Notes: generated by a model not told the origin, from the letters alone. A stretch of 64,000 nt of DNA from Acidobacteriota bacterium (GCA_963664705.1 OY761556.1:1120001-1184000); one strand, 5' to 3'. Positions 47,469 through 58,396 are shown, numbered from the stretch's first letter. A program made the numbers and translations.

Positions 47469-49703
47469 ATGAGCGAGGCTGGATTCTCCTGCAAGCGGAT
47501 GCTCATCGTTTCCTATCGACTGCCGTTCAGAATCATCGAAGCCGCCGGCGGAAACGGAGTGGAGCAATCCTCCGGAGGGCTGGTTTCGGCTTTGATATCG
47601 CTTTCTCGCAAAGCCTCTGCCGGAGAGTTGTATCACAATCTGGTATGGGTTGGGAAAGGAGGGGACGGGATTGAACACGAGATGAATGTGGATGAAGACG
47701 GGTTGAACTATCGATTGGTTCCGGTTGCCATACCGCCCGATATCGACGCAGGGTATTATGGTGGCTTCTGCAATAATCTGCTATGGCCGCTCTTCCACTA
47801 TTTCCCATCGCTTTCTGTCCTGGACGAAAGCTATTTTGACAGCTATGTTGCCGCCAATCGACTGTTTGCGGAAAAGGTAAAAGCTGTTGCAAGGCCAGGA
47901 GACCTGATCTGGATTCATGATTATCATCTCTTCCTGTTGCCGTCTATGCTTAGGGAGGCGCTCCCGTCGGCGCATATTGCCTTTTTTTTGCATATCCCAT
48001 TTCCTACCTTCGAGCTCTTTCGCATTCTGCCGCGTCCATGGCGCGAAGCAATCCTCCGGGGTGTCCTGGGGGCGGACTTGATCGGCTTTCATACCAACGA
48101 CTATTGCCAGTACTTTCTGCGCTCCGTTTCAAGGTTCCTGGGGCATGAAATCACCATGAATACCGTGGCGCTCGAAGATCGCATTGTTCGTGTGGATGCC
48201 TATCCCATCGGCATCGACTATGAAAAATTCAGGCAGGCGGCGTCCTCTTCAACCGAGGTAGAGGCGGATAAGGGAAAAATTCTCAGTTTGCTGAAGGATC
48301 AAAAATTGATTTTCTCCGTGGATCGTCTGGATTATTCCAAAGGCTTTCTGCATCGCCTGGATGGATTCGAGTGTTTTCTGGATTCATACTCCGAATGGAT
48401 CGGGAAGGTAATTTTCAACATGGTGGTAGTCCCGTCGCGCGACTCCATCCCAAGCTATCAGGAGATGAAACATGGGATCGAGGCGGCCGTCGGGAGAATC
48501 AACGGAAAGCACAGCACAATTGCCTGGCTGCCAATCCTGTATCAATACAAATCTCTTTCCTTTCATGAACTGGTAGCGCTCTACAATCTGAGCGATGTCG
48601 GCCTTATCACGCCCGTGCGCGACGGTATGAATCTGGTGGCCAAAGAGTATATCGCCTGCCAGACCGGAAAAATCGGCATGCTGGTTCTGAGTGAAACCGC
48701 CGGAGCATCCGCTGAACTCAGTGAATCGCTATTGATCAATCCGAGAGACAAAAGGGAAATGGCGGATTCCATAAACCGTGCCCTGACAATGCCGGAACGG
48801 AGCCGGAAGATCCTGGTGTCCCGTATGCAGAATCGAATTCGCCGCTACAACGTATTTTCCTGGGCTTCCGATATCGTACAGAATGTTGCTGCCATCAAAA
48901 AGGAGCAGGAACTGCGAAAAGTGAATCTGATGACCAGTGTCATCGAGACAGAAATTGTCGACCGCTATCGACGCGCTTCGCGAAGAGTGATTTTCCTGGA
49001 CTACGATGGGACGCTCGTCCCTTTTTCGAGCGTCCCGGAATTGGCGATTCCCGATACGCAAACCTTGATCCGGATTGAGCAGCTTGCCAGCGATGCGAAA
49101 AACAGAGTCGTCATTATCAGTGGGCGAAACCGGGACTTTATGGAGGAATGGCTGGGCCAACTTGATATACTTCTGGTGGCCGAGCATGGAGCCTTTCTAC
49201 GGACGCCGGGAAGTGCCTGGGAATGCACGATCGATCCGGATCAAACCTGGAAAGAGGGAATTGTCCCGGTGATGCAGCGTTACGCCGACCGGTGCAATGG
49301 TTCCTTCATTGAGGAAAAATTCTCATCCCTGGTCTGGCATTATCGCAACGCTTCCCCGGAGATCGGTTCCTTGCGGGCCAAGGAGCTTACCCAGGAGTTG
49401 AGGAATCTGGTTTCCACGGAAAACCGGCTCCACGTGCTGGAGAGCAGCAAGGCTATTGAGGTGAAACGGACCGGCTACGACAAAGGCGTTGCCGCTGCCA
49501 AGATCATCGCCGATGGAGCGGCAGACTTCATTGTCGCGATGGGAGACGATAAAACCGATGAGGATCTCTTCCGGTTGCTGCCGTCTTCGGCCATTACCAT
49601 AAAGATCGGCCTTACTCCCAGTCTGGCCAAGTATAATCTGATCAATCAACGGGACGTTTCCCGCTTTATGGCAAAGCTAACCCCGGATTCTCCCGGGACA
49701 TGA
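47469..49703 (+). CDS. Bifunctional trehalose-6-phosphate synthase/phosphatase (OtsA-OtsB fusion)
   Basis: WPLFHY; WIHDYHL; FLHIPFP; VDRLDYSKG; RDGMNLVAKEY; then HAD domain FLDYDGTL...GDDKTDED. Confidence 0.95.
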   Translation: MSEAGFSCKRMLIVSYRLPFRIIEAAGGNGVEQSSGGLVSALISLSRKASAGELYHNLVWVGKGGDGIEHEMNVDEDGLNYRLVPVAIPPDIDAGYYGGFCNNLLWPLFHYFPSLSVLDESYFDSYVAANRLFAEKVKAVARPGDLIWIHDYHLFLLPSMLREALPSAHIAFFLHIPFPTFELFRILPRPWREAILRGVLGADLIGFHTNDYCQYFLRSVSRFLGHEITMNTVALEDRIVRVDAYPIGIDYEKFRQAASSSTEVEADKGKILSLLKDQKLIFSVDRLDYSKGFLHRLDGFECFLDSYSEWIGKVIFNMVVVPSRDSIPSYQEMKHGIEAAVGRINGKHSTIAWLPILYQYKSLSFHELVALYNLSDVGLITPVRDGMNLVAKEYIACQTGKIGMLVLSETAGASAELSESLLINPRDKREMADSINRALTMPERSRKILVSRMQNRIRRYNVFSWASDIVQNVAAIKKEQELRKVNLMTSVIETEIVDRYRRASRRVIFLDYDGTLVPFSSVPELAIPDTQTLIRIEQLASDAKNRVVIISGRNRDFMEEWLGQLDILLVAEHGAFLRTPGSAWECTIDPDQTWKEGIVPVMQRYADRCNGSFIEEKFSSLVWHYRNASPEIGSLRAKELTQELRNLVSTENRLHVLESSKAIEVKRTGYDKGVAAAKIIADGAADFIVAMGDDKTDEDLFRLLPSSAITIKIGLTPSLAKYNLINQRDVSRFMAKLTPDSPGT

Positions 49704-49837
49704 GTTGACCTCCAATCCGCAACTATCTGCTCCTGTCAGTTTTATCCTGTGAATGGGATTAGGCGCTTTCATGTTGACGCTCCGCGCGTCGCCAGGTACA
49801 AAAATGGCGACGCACAGAGCGTCAAACCGCGGATTGC

Positions 49838-51388
49838 TTATTGTCCGCCGTCTTTCTTGGCCTGGTCTCTGCGCCAGGAAATATAGGCATCAAATGCTTT
49901 CAGCTTATCCAGATTGGGCAAGGGCTTGGCGCCGGGCGGCACGGCATCGAATACCATTGCCTGCTGATTGTTTTCCGCGAATGCCGGCCACATGGGAAGT
50001 CCGGGGCCATTCGGGTTGCCCGATTTGGCAAAATTGACCCAATAGGAGCTGATCATATCGGAGAGTTTCTGCTCTTCCGGTTTGGGGGCGCCACCCCGGC
50101 CTGCGGCCAGGGTCTGGAATGCATAGGGAACATCGCTGCCATGTCCGGATCCATCCACATTTGGCCCGTGGAAGTCATAATAATATTCGAAGGCTTTGCC
50201 TTTGCCCTTCTGGGTTTGAAGCCGAGCCCACGTCCAGGTGCTCCAAGCAAAGGTGCCATCGCGCGAGATCCCAATGGATGACTTGGCTGCTTCGGCATCT
50301 GTCGAATGTGGATATACGGCCAGCAAAGCGTCGGCATGCGGGCCATACTGGGATCGGATCTGTTTCTCAAATTCGGCGGCCGTGGCGCTGCGACCCAATT
50401 CGCTTGAAGTGACGCCCAGCAAAATCGGCGTATCATTGAAGCGGCGTGACTGGTAGATCGAATACAGATCGCTCGGGATGACATATCCGTCGGCTACGGG
50501 ACGGAATCTCAACCCGCCGGCGATGTTCTTCTGGACCTCCTCCGCGCTCATGGCGCGCGCCGCTTTGATATCCGCTGCTCCCAACTTTTTCAGAAAGGAT
50601 TCGCCGGTCGACTCCGCCAGCTTGAGCGCAGGGATTCCCAGCCCTGCTCCGCCTTGTTCCGAGGTCTGGAGCGGAGCAAAAGAACCTCCGCTCATGCAGA
50701 TGACACCCCGGAAAAGGCCTTTGGTGACCGGCGAAGCTGCAAGCATATTGACCGCCATGCCGCCGGCCGAATGACCGAAGATCGTGACTTTGGAAGGATC
50801 GCCTCCAAACCTGGCAATGTTTGCCTGCACCCATTTCAGACCTGCAATCATATCCTGCAGCCCGTAAGTACCCGATCCCTTGCCGCTTTCACGGCTGAGA
50901 TCCGGATGAGCGAGAAATCCGAAAGGACCGACTCGATAGGCAACGCTTACCAGAACGATTCCTTTTTTGGCAAAGCCCATTCCGTCATACATGGAGACGC
51001 TCGTTGAACCGCCGCTGAAGCCTCCCCCGTAGATCCAAACGATGACAGGGTTCTTCTCACCTGCCTTTTTCGCCGGAGTCCATACGTTCAGGTACAGGCA
51101 GTCTTCGCTGACCGGAGCAGTGTTTCCCTGGGAATTTGCGGCTTGCATACAGGCCGGCCCGAAGGCCTCCACCTTCCTGATGCCGGTCCAGGGTTGCAGG
51201 GGGGCGGGCCCTTTCCAGCGCAGATCTCCGACCGGAGGGGCGGCAAATGGAATCCCCTTGAATACCGATATGCCGTCGGTGACGATTCCCTGAACCTCTC
51301 CCCCGGTCACCTTGGCTGTTTTTATTTCCGAAAGCGCAAGTTGCGCAAATGCCATAATCAGAATAATAGCGATCAAGACCTTCTTCAT
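49838..51388 (-). CDS. Secreted type-B carboxylesterase
   Basis: Signal peptide MKKVLIAII; FKGIPFAAPP; SEDCLYLNVW; GGGF; FGHSAGG nucleophile; GHGSD. Confidence 0.92.
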   Translation of the reverse strand: MKKVLIAIILIMAFAQLALSEIKTAKVTGGEVQGIVTDGISVFKGIPFAAPPVGDLRWKGPAPLQPWTGIRKVEAFGPACMQAANSQGNTAPVSEDCLYLNVWTPAKKAGEKNPVIVWIYGGGFSGGSTSVSMYDGMGFAKKGIVLVSVAYRVGPFGFLAHPDLSRESGKGSGTYGLQDMIAGLKWVQANIARFGGDPSKVTIFGHSAGGMAVNMLAASPVTKGLFRGVICMSGGSFAPLQTSEQGGAGLGIPALKLAESTGESFLKKLGAADIKAARAMSAEEVQKNIAGGLRFRPVADGYVIPSDLYSIYQSRRFNDTPILLGVTSSELGRSATAAEFEKQIRSQYGPHADALLAVYPHSTDAEAAKSSIGISRDGTFAWSTWTWARLQTQKGKGKAFEYYYDFHGPNVDGSGHGSDVPYAFQTLAAGRGGAPKPEEQKLSDMISSYWVNFAKSGNPNGPGLPMWPAFAENNQQAMVFDAVPPGAKPLPNLDKLKAFDAYISWRRDQAKKDGGQ

Positions 51389-51587
51389 CTCTACCTCCGG
51401 GACACTCCCTGCTGGTGGTGGTTTCAATAGCTTCTCAACGGAAAAACCTGCGAAAGCACGCAATTATATACGTCCCGCTTGTTTCGCTCATTACGGCCTA
51501 ACCGTGGCAAGACACTTTTTGTTGCAGCGGACCCGTTGCCCTGGAGTAAAATTCCTCCATTCTTTTACATGAATCAGGAGGATCAAG

Positions 51588-53519
51588 ATGACCAAGTGGC
51601 ACGATTTCTATCAAAGGCAGGGCACTGCTCCGCCCTGGCCGTACGCGGTTGATTATGAGAAGGAATACGAAATCGATACCGACGTCCTGGTCATCGGTGG
51701 GGGCATTGCGGGATGTTGGGCTGCAATCAGCGCTGCCAGGCAAGGAGCCCGGGTCGCTCTGGTGGAGAAAGGGGATACCATAAGAAGCGGTTCCGGCGGG
51801 CCCGGCTGCGATCATTGGTGCCAGTGCCCGGCCAACCCGCATTCCAAAGTCGATCCTGACGAATGGGCAAAATTGCTGTCGGTAAATCCGGGAACCATGT
51901 CGGAGATTCCGAAGAACACGCCCAAATGCTCCTATGGAAATGGTATCGGTGCGCAGATTACATGCCGCGAAAACTACGATGCGCTCCTGGAACTGGAGCA
52001 GATGGGCGGTCAAATCAGGGATGTCCATGATGAATATCTTGGCGCCGACGGTCGGTACGACGATACCAAGTTCATGTTTTCTCCGCGAACCAATCCGGAG
52101 CACACAACAGACCTTGTCCTGCGAGTATGGGGCGTAACGTTCAAGCCAGCGCTCAAGAGAGAGTTGCAGCGGCTGGGCGTCCGAATTTTTGACCGGGTCA
52201 TGGTTACAAGCCTATTAACGGAGGGCGGCATTCAGGGCGCGCGCGTGGTTGGCGCTACCGGATTTAGCAACCGTACCGGGGAGTTCATGATTTTCAAGTC
52301 CAAAGCTGCTGTGCTTGCCACTGCAGGGGACTTTTACATGTGGATGCTGAACACGGAACACGCAGGCTGCCGACAATTTCGCTCCCGCTGTGCGACAGGA
52401 GATGGATATGCCATGGCATGGAAGGCGGGCGCAGAGCTGGTTTTGATGGAGCAGACAATACCGCTGATGCTGGGCACGGGATACCGGCATAACTGGTACG
52501 GCGGCGCCGGCGATGCCAGCTATGAAAACCTCCAGATTGTGGATGCGAACGGCAAAAAACTGCCCTGGCCGACACAAGGCTGGCAGGATGGAGGGGCCAT
52601 GATGCCGCCTCCGGATGTGCGCGACTCAATACGCAAAGGAATATTCAAAGGCGAGTGGGCATTGCCCTTCTACGGGGATTTTCCAGGCATGCCGGATATG
52701 GAGCGCAGGATAACCTGGGATTTGATGCTGGGACAGGAATCGACCACGAAGATCATCACCAGCACGTACGAGAGGGCAGGATTCGATCCTCAAAAGCACC
52801 TGCTTCAAAGCTACGCTTTCATCGAAGGGGAAACACATTCCCAGTGGAGAACTCCCCGAGGCGGCGGTCCTTTGATCGATTGGAACCTGAAGACGACACT
52901 CGATGGGTTGTACGCGGCGGGGGAACAGTTGTTTTCCCACGGCGATCACAGTTTCGCCGCGGCTACCGGAAGATATGCGGGACGCAAGGCGGCTGATTAC
53001 TCAAAGGAAACCGGTGAATCCAGGATATCCAAAGACCAGGTGGCTCGCGAAAAGGCGCGCATCTATGCGCCCGTAATGCGCTCGAGCGGGATTGAATGGA
53101 AGGAATTGAACGCCGGAATCGCCAGAACCATGCAGTATTATTGCAGCGAATTCAAGACAGAGTCGCTGCTTAATCTCGGACTCGAGACCCTGAATGAAAT
53201 TGAACAGGAGTTTGTGCCGCGGCTTTACGCTCTTGATCCGCACAAGCTGATGCGCAGCATCGAAGACCTGAGTATGCTGGCGCATGCCCAGATGATCCTG
53301 AATGCTTCCCTGGCTCGAAAGGCTAGCAGCGTTCCTCTCAATTTCTATCGGATTGATTACCCCACCGTGGACCCGGTCGAGTGGAATAAATATGTGACCA
53401 TCAAGCTGGAAAATGGCAAGGTCAAACCCGGCGATTTGCCTTTGTACTATTGGGGCGATCTGAAAGCCAATTACGAGGCCAATAACAGGGACTATACCGG
53501 AGTGTATCAAAGAAAGTAG
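51588..53519 (+). CDS. AprA-like / succinate dehydrogenase-family flavoprotein subunit
   Basis: DVLVIGGGIAG; RSG; LATAG; TGDG; GLYAAGE; ASLARKAS...RIDYP C-terminal domain. Confidence 0.82.
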   Translation: MTKWHDFYQRQGTAPPWPYAVDYEKEYEIDTDVLVIGGGIAGCWAAISAARQGARVALVEKGDTIRSGSGGPGCDHWCQCPANPHSKVDPDEWAKLLSVNPGTMSEIPKNTPKCSYGNGIGAQITCRENYDALLELEQMGGQIRDVHDEYLGADGRYDDTKFMFSPRTNPEHTTDLVLRVWGVTFKPALKRELQRLGVRIFDRVMVTSLLTEGGIQGARVVGATGFSNRTGEFMIFKSKAAVLATAGDFYMWMLNTEHAGCRQFRSRCATGDGYAMAWKAGAELVLMEQTIPLMLGTGYRHNWYGGAGDASYENLQIVDANGKKLPWPTQGWQDGGAMMPPPDVRDSIRKGIFKGEWALPFYGDFPGMPDMERRITWDLMLGQESTTKIITSTYERAGFDPQKHLLQSYAFIEGETHSQWRTPRGGGPLIDWNLKTTLDGLYAAGEQLFSHGDHSFAAATGRYAGRKAADYSKETGESRISKDQVAREKARIYAPVMRSSGIEWKELNAGIARTMQYYCSEFKTESLLNLGLETLNEIEQEFVPRLYALDPHKLMRSIEDLSMLAHAQMILNASLARKASSVPLNFYRIDYPTVDPVEWNKYVTIKLENGKVKPGDLPLYYWGDLKANYEANNRDYTGVYQRK

Positions 53520-53529
53520 GAAGACAGCG

Positions 53530-53832
53530 ATGGCTCAGATCAAAATCAGTGCTTTGCCCAACATCACGACACCAAACACGCCCGTTATCTTTAGTCCGGA
53601 GTTCTGTGTGGGATGCAATACCTGCGTCAATGTGTGCCAGGTGGACGTGTTTATTCCCAATCCTGAAAAGGGGTGCCCCCCGATTATCCTGCATCCGGAT
53701 GAATGCTGGTACTGCGGATGCTGCGTTTTGGACTGTAAACAGACCGGCGCCATTTCATTCAATTGGCCGTTGCAGCAAAGAGGTTCCTGGAAGGATAAGG
53801 TTACCGGCAAAATAATGCGCGATACGGTTTAG
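53530..53832 (+). CDS. AprB-like 2x[4Fe-4S] ferredoxin subunit
   Basis: CVGCNTCVNVC and ECWYCGCCVLDC; 10 bp after the flavoprotein. Confidence 0.85.
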   Translation: MAQIKISALPNITTPNTPVIFSPEFCVGCNTCVNVCQVDVFIPNPEKGCPPIILHPDECWYCGCCVLDCKQTGAISFNWPLQQRGSWKDKVTGKIMRDTV

Positions 53833-53872
53833 GAGCATATCCAGGTTTTCGGACAAAGCGTCTGGAAGACAT

Positions 53873-53926
53873 TTTTGCGAAATTCGCGGCAGGTTTTTCC
53901 GGATTTCTGCCACGAATTTCACAAAA
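53873..53926. terminator. Bidirectional terminator-like hairpin
   Basis: TTTTGCGAAATTCGCGGCAG / CTGCCACGAATTTCACAAAA imperfect stem between convergent genes. Confidence 0.55.
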
Positions 53927-53941
53927 GGACGTGCCGGGGAA

Positions 53942-54832
53942 TTACTTCATCAGATTTGCCAGCGGTTCTTTCACCGCCTCTGCCCAGATCTCATATCCTT
54001 TGGTTGTCGGGTGCAGCGCATCGCTCATGATGTCTTTTGAGATGTTTCCTCCGGCATCAAGGAACTTCGCGCCGATATCGAGGTATTGGACTCGGTCGCC
54101 ATCATGCATTTTGGCAATGATGGTGTTGATTTCGGCCAGCTTGGCGCGCACCGGGTCGCCGGGTGTGCTTCTCGGGAAAACGGCAAGAAGAAGGATCTTT
54201 GCCTTGGGGAAATCCTTCTGCATTTCAAGAACAATTGCCCCGATTCCTTCCGCAATCTCGGCTGCTGTGTTTTGTGCGGTGTTGTTCGTGCCAATCATCA
54301 ACATCACGGCTTTGGGGCTGAAGCCCTGGCCTTCGCCGTGCTGGAGACGGTAGAGAACTCCCTGCGTCGTATCTCCTGCGATTCCGAAGTTGGCAAGTTT
54401 CAGATCGCCCCAGTATTTGTCCAGTACCGGTTTTCCTGCATACGCGCCTTCAGGATTGCGCCAGAAATCGGTGATGGAATCCCCCATGAATAGGACATCA
54501 ATATTCCCCTGCTTGGCTACTTCAAGATTGGTCTCGTGTTTCTTTTGAAAGAACGGAGCCAGGAAGGGAACCACCGCGGAATTGGCAGGGGGGACTCGAA
54601 CCGAGATCAACCCGGGATACTTGGCGTTGATGGCTTTGACATCGGATTTGGATTTTTCGAGAAACTTTGCCAGTGCACGCTCGGCGAGCTGCACTTCCTC
54701 CGGCGTTGGCCTTGGAATGGCAACAATCTTGGGGACCGGGGCTGGATCGGCGGTCTGCACCTGACCGTAGATATTTGTGGAGCCGATGATTACCAGGAGA
54801 AAAATTGCACACAGGATATTGAGCCTTTTCAC
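53942..54832 (-). CDS. Secreted SGNH/GDSL esterase
   Basis: GTG start with GGAGG RBS; signal peptide; GDSITD; NFGIAGD; IGTNN; DALHP. Confidence 0.9.
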   Translation of the reverse strand: MKRLNILCAIFLLVIIGSTNIYGQVQTADPAPVPKIVAIPRPTPEEVQLAERALAKFLEKSKSDVKAINAKYPGLISVRVPPANSAVVPFLAPFFQKKHETNLEVAKQGNIDVLFMGDSITDFWRNPEGAYAGKPVLDKYWGDLKLANFGIAGDTTQGVLYRLQHGEGQGFSPKAVMLMIGTNNTAQNTAAEIAEGIGAIVLEMQKDFPKAKILLLAVFPRSTPGDPVRAKLAEINTIIAKMHDGDRVQYLDIGAKFLDAGGNISKDIMSDALHPTTKGYEIWAEAVKEPLANLMK

Positions 54833-55104
54833 GCGAAACCTCCGGATTTTAAGTGTCAATATGGGTGGACCAGCGCTTTGAATATGCAACAAAACTGAAG
54901 CATATAACAACACTTGTCGCATTGAGTGGATATTCTGAGTCTGCTGTTGAATTGAGCCTAAATCCGAAAACATTAGGAGATGTTGCGGATTCAAGCAAAA
55001 ATAAAGGACTCCGCGAACGGATCTTACCTATATAATGGGGCTTCCTTTTCTTAGCTGGCTGAACGTTATCAAATTCATAGAATCTTGGACGGAGGAGACA
55101 AAAC

Positions 55105-55722
55105 ATGGAAAGAAGAGATTTTTTTAAGTATGGATTAGCGGCTGGAGTCGGGACCGTGGCGCTTGCGGCGAAGGATGTCCTTGCTTTGGATTACTATCCT
55201 ATGCCATCCGACAAGAAGTGCGCCGTGCTTTTCTCAACCTGGTGCGGCAGTTCACGCGATGCTGGTGTATGGATTTCGGAAGGGATGGGCGGCATTGCCG
55301 ATGTCTTCGATGTGCGTGAGAATCCGGATCTGAAGGGCTATGATCATCTGGTCATTGGCGGCTCCATTCGATCGGGCGTAACCCGGAAAGAGCTGCAGGA
55401 CTATATTGCAAAGAATAAGGCAATTCTGAAAAGCAAAGTGAGAGGATTGTTTATCGTGTGCGGTAACGGCGAAAAGCCTGTTGGCCCAGCCCAGAAAACT
55501 TCCTACATTGATAACCATCTGGCAAAGCTGCTGGAGGTTGCCGCGGTTCCCGCCAAGGTATTTAACGGCAGAATCACAAAAGCTCTCCTGGATCCCGAGA
55601 ATCGCAAAATGATGGAGGACATGTATCCCAAGTTCGCGGGCAAGCAACTGGAAGATTACGAGCTCCTCAAACGCTCGGATTGTCTGGCCTTCGGCCGTGA
55701 GATCCTGGCCAGCCTCAAGTAG
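55105..55722 (+). CDS. Tat-exported flavodoxin-domain protein (HemG-like)
   Basis: MERRDFFK Tat signal; FSTWCGSSRD FMN-phosphate loop; YDHLVIGGSI; LFIVC; FNGR. Confidence 0.75.
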   Translation: MERRDFFKYGLAAGVGTVALAAKDVLALDYYPMPSDKKCAVLFSTWCGSSRDAGVWISEGMGGIADVFDVRENPDLKGYDHLVIGGSIRSGVTRKELQDYIAKNKAILKSKVRGLFIVCGNGEKPVGPAQKTSYIDNHLAKLLEVAAVPAKVFNGRITKALLDPENRKMMEDMYPKFAGKQLEDYELLKRSDCLAFGREILASLK

Positions 55723-55820
55723 TCCCTTCGAGTTTTCGGGCTTTTAGGGTTGGATCCGCTTTGCCAGCCACTGGGAGTGCCGCCATCTCGCCGGTACTCC
55801 CAGTGACTGCATTTCGTCTG

Positions 55821-56048
55821 CTACAAATTTCCATAGTAATTCATTATGTCCGCAATGCTCAGGGCATGATCGAGCGTCAGATCGTCGACCGCTATCTCTC
55901 CCTTGTAGGCGATGGCCCACTGCTTGCCGTCAAAAATAATTTTATAGGAACCATATTTCAAATCCTGTCCGCATTGCGTGCAGGCACTTGCGCTGGACGG
56001 AGTGAAGGCTCTGCATTGCGGACAAATTCGCTCAGTTGCAATTACCAT
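55821..56048 (-). CDS. Small zinc-ribbon protein
   Basis: CPQC...CTQCG pair; GAGG RBS. Confidence 0.6.
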   Translation of the reverse strand: MVIATERICPQCRAFTPSSASACTQCGQDLKYGSYKIIFDGKQWAIAYKGEIAVDDLTLDHALSIADIMNYYGNL

Positions 56049-56260
56049 AGTTAGACCCTCATACCCAAGAACGCATTTCCCGGAGAGTCGCCTACTGGAA
56101 ATTGCATTTTTTGATCAAAAATGGATATTAAAGATTACTGGGGAATGTTTCGCTGCAAATCGAGGTTTGCCGGATGGATAATTTCAGTGGTTTGCCTGGC
56201 CGCTCAATCTGGTGGACGGCCAGGCAAGATATGTCAAATCCGTCGTGAACTCCGGGGCGT

Positions 56261-58300
56261 TTAGCCGTTTTCCGATTGAACGGCTTCAAGGGTCAGACGG
56301 TCCAGCAATACAAACAGCTCCTGCGTCTGTTCTTCCAATTTATCGAATCGCAGAAGTGCCTCATCCGTTCGGCCGCCGGTCCACAATCCGACAATATCGG
56401 CACAGAGCTTGTGAAAGGCCTGGTGCTTTGCTCCGATGGTATCGAAAGTGGGAAGGGTACTGAAGCGTTCCGTCCCTTCGCTGTGATACCATTTGCCAAA
56501 AGCGCACTGGTGAAAATCCCCCGCTTCATTTTGAGTGAAGTTCTGGTTCCCCTGGAAAAGACTCATGAGTTTGTTGCGCCAGTTGAGATGTCCCTTTTTG
56601 ACGCCCCCGAAATCAAGCTTGCTTCCAACCTGGAACCGGGACATCGCCTGTTTGAGCTGTTCGGTCAGTTTCTGCAGAACAACCGCATTACTTTCGACGT
56701 GTCCGCTGTCCCGATTCATTGCCGATCCCTGAACGCTCACTCGGGCAATATCTTCCGCTATGGATTTCGATACTGCCGCAAGCTGTGCGATACGCTCATT
56801 GGAATCTTTGACTCCATCGGAGGCCTGGGCAATGTTTACCGCAACATCTTTGGTTACGGTCGCCTGTTCTTCAATGGCGGCGGCAATGCTCGCGACCAAC
56901 TCGCCGACTTCACGGATGACATCGGCTATTTTTTCAATGTCGGTTATAGCGTTGCCCGTTGATGATTGTATTCCCGAGATCTTTGCCTTGATGTCCTCGG
57001 TGGCATCTGCGGTCTGTCGTGCCAGTTCCTTGATTTCATTCGCGACAACAGCGAATCCTTTTCCTGCTTCTCCGGCTCTTGCCGCTTCAATAGTAGCGTT
57101 GAGGGCGAGCAGATTGGTCTGTGCCGAGATGTTGGTAATCGTCTCTGTCACTTTTCCGATGTCATGTGCAGCCTGCCCAAGCTGCTGCATGAGTGATGAA
57201 ACGGCCTGCGCCTGCTCCGTGGCATGATCACTGATGGTGCGGGCTTTTTCGGAATTGGAGGCAATATCGGCAACCGTGGCGCTCATTTCCTCGGTCGCCG
57301 CGGCTACTGAGGATAAATTCGTGTGGGCCTGTTCCATGCTGGCGGCCACCGAAACCGTGTTTGCACTTGATTCCTCTGCGGCAACCGCAACGGCGTGGGC
57401 TTTTTCGGAAGTCTCCTTCACGGCAGAGGAGAGTCTTTGTGAGACGGCGATCAGACCTTCGGAAGAAGCAGACAATGTTCCGGTGCCGTTGTTGACCTGC
57501 AGCAGAGACATCCGTATGGCAGTGGACAACTGAGCCATTACCTTGGCAAGGTCGCCGAGTTCGTCTTTTCGTTCGCGCAGGTTCGTTGGAATTTGAGAGG
57601 CGACATCTCCCTGGCTGATGGTTCCAAGAACTCCGAGGCTGGCGGAAAGAGGACGTGCAATGCTGCGCGCCAGCGCGATGCTTAGCACGACCGCCGAGGT
57701 AAGCGAGGCGAACGCTACCAGGAGTATCAGCAGGTTCCCACGACTTGCAGTAGCTTCCGCGGTTGCCTTGCTTTCCGCAAGGCGCTTGGCCCTCCATTGG
57801 ATAAACTCATCCACTGCCTTTTCCCGCTTTTGCGTGCCGGCGGCGCTCTCGCGGGCCAGAAGCATGGCCGCTTCCATCTCTTTTCCGCGGGAGACAAGGG
57901 CCAGGACGCGGTCGTTCAGGTCTTTGGTGCCGGAAATCGCATCCTCTATCTTACCCAGCAATTGTTTGCCGGTCTGAGTTTTTGCCATTGCCTTCAGACT
58001 TTCCAGCTTTTCTTTATAGTCCTGGTTCAATGCTTCTATTTCCGCGCGATGTGCCTGTTTGGCCGAAGCGTCCCTGGTTGCGGTGATGCTCCAGATATGG
58101 ACGGATATTTTTTCAATGTTGGAAGAAAGGCTTTGCGCCAGCTGCATCTTTTTCGATTCTTCCAAAGCTTGATTCATCATTTCATGAGACGAGTTGCTGC
58201 TCTGCCAGATGGAGAATCCCGCAATGGTGATTACGACCATCAATAGTGCGAATCCCAGGCCCAACCGTTTTCCAAGCTTTATATCACTCAGCCTAATCAT
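56261..58300 (-). CDS. Methyl-accepting chemotaxis protein (periplasmic four-helix sensor, HAMP, C-terminal CZB domain)
   Basis: Two TMs; RKDELG HAMP; [27 protein letters not shown]; CZB HLNW / HQCAFGKWY / HQAFH. Confidence 0.95.
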   Translation of the reverse strand: MIRLSDIKLGKRLGLGFALLMVVITIAGFSIWQSSNSSHEMMNQALEESKKMQLAQSLSSNIEKISVHIWSITATRDASAKQAHRAEIEALNQDYKEKLESLKAMAKTQTGKQLLGKIEDAISGTKDLNDRVLALVSRGKEMEAAMLLARESAAGTQKREKAVDEFIQWRAKRLAESKATAEATASRGNLLILLVAFASLTSAVVLSIALARSIARPLSASLGVLGTISQGDVASQIPTNLRERKDELGDLAKVMAQLSTAIRMSLLQVNNGTGTLSASSEGLIAVSQRLSSAVKETSEKAHAVAVAAEESSANTVSVAASMEQAHTNLSSVAAATEEMSATVADIASNSEKARTISDHATEQAQAVSSLMQQLGQAAHDIGKVTETITNISAQTNLLALNATIEAARAGEAGKGFAVVANEIKELARQTADATEDIKAKISGIQSSTGNAITDIEKIADVIREVGELVASIAAAIEEQATVTKDVAVNIAQASDGVKDSNERIAQLAAVSKSIAEDIARVSVQGSAMNRDSGHVESNAVVLQKLTEQLKQAMSRFQVGSKLDFGGVKKGHLNWRNKLMSLFQGNQNFTQNEAGDFHQCAFGKWYHSEGTERFSTLPTFDTIGAKHQAFHKLCADIVGLWTGGRTDEALLRFDKLEEQTQELFVLLDRLTLEAVQSENG

Positions 58301-58369
58301 GCTGTCTTCCTATTCCTGAAATGCCCCGCAGGCATTTTTTAAGTCCATTTCACCTTAACGAATAGATAC

Positions 58370-58396
58370 ATATCGGCTTTCAGTCTCATTGCTTTA
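58370..58396 (-). promoter_or_regulatory. Sigma-28 (FliA) promoter of MCP gene
   Basis: Minus strand TAAA-N15-GCCGATAT, 70 bp upstream of the MCP start. Confidence 0.75.
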
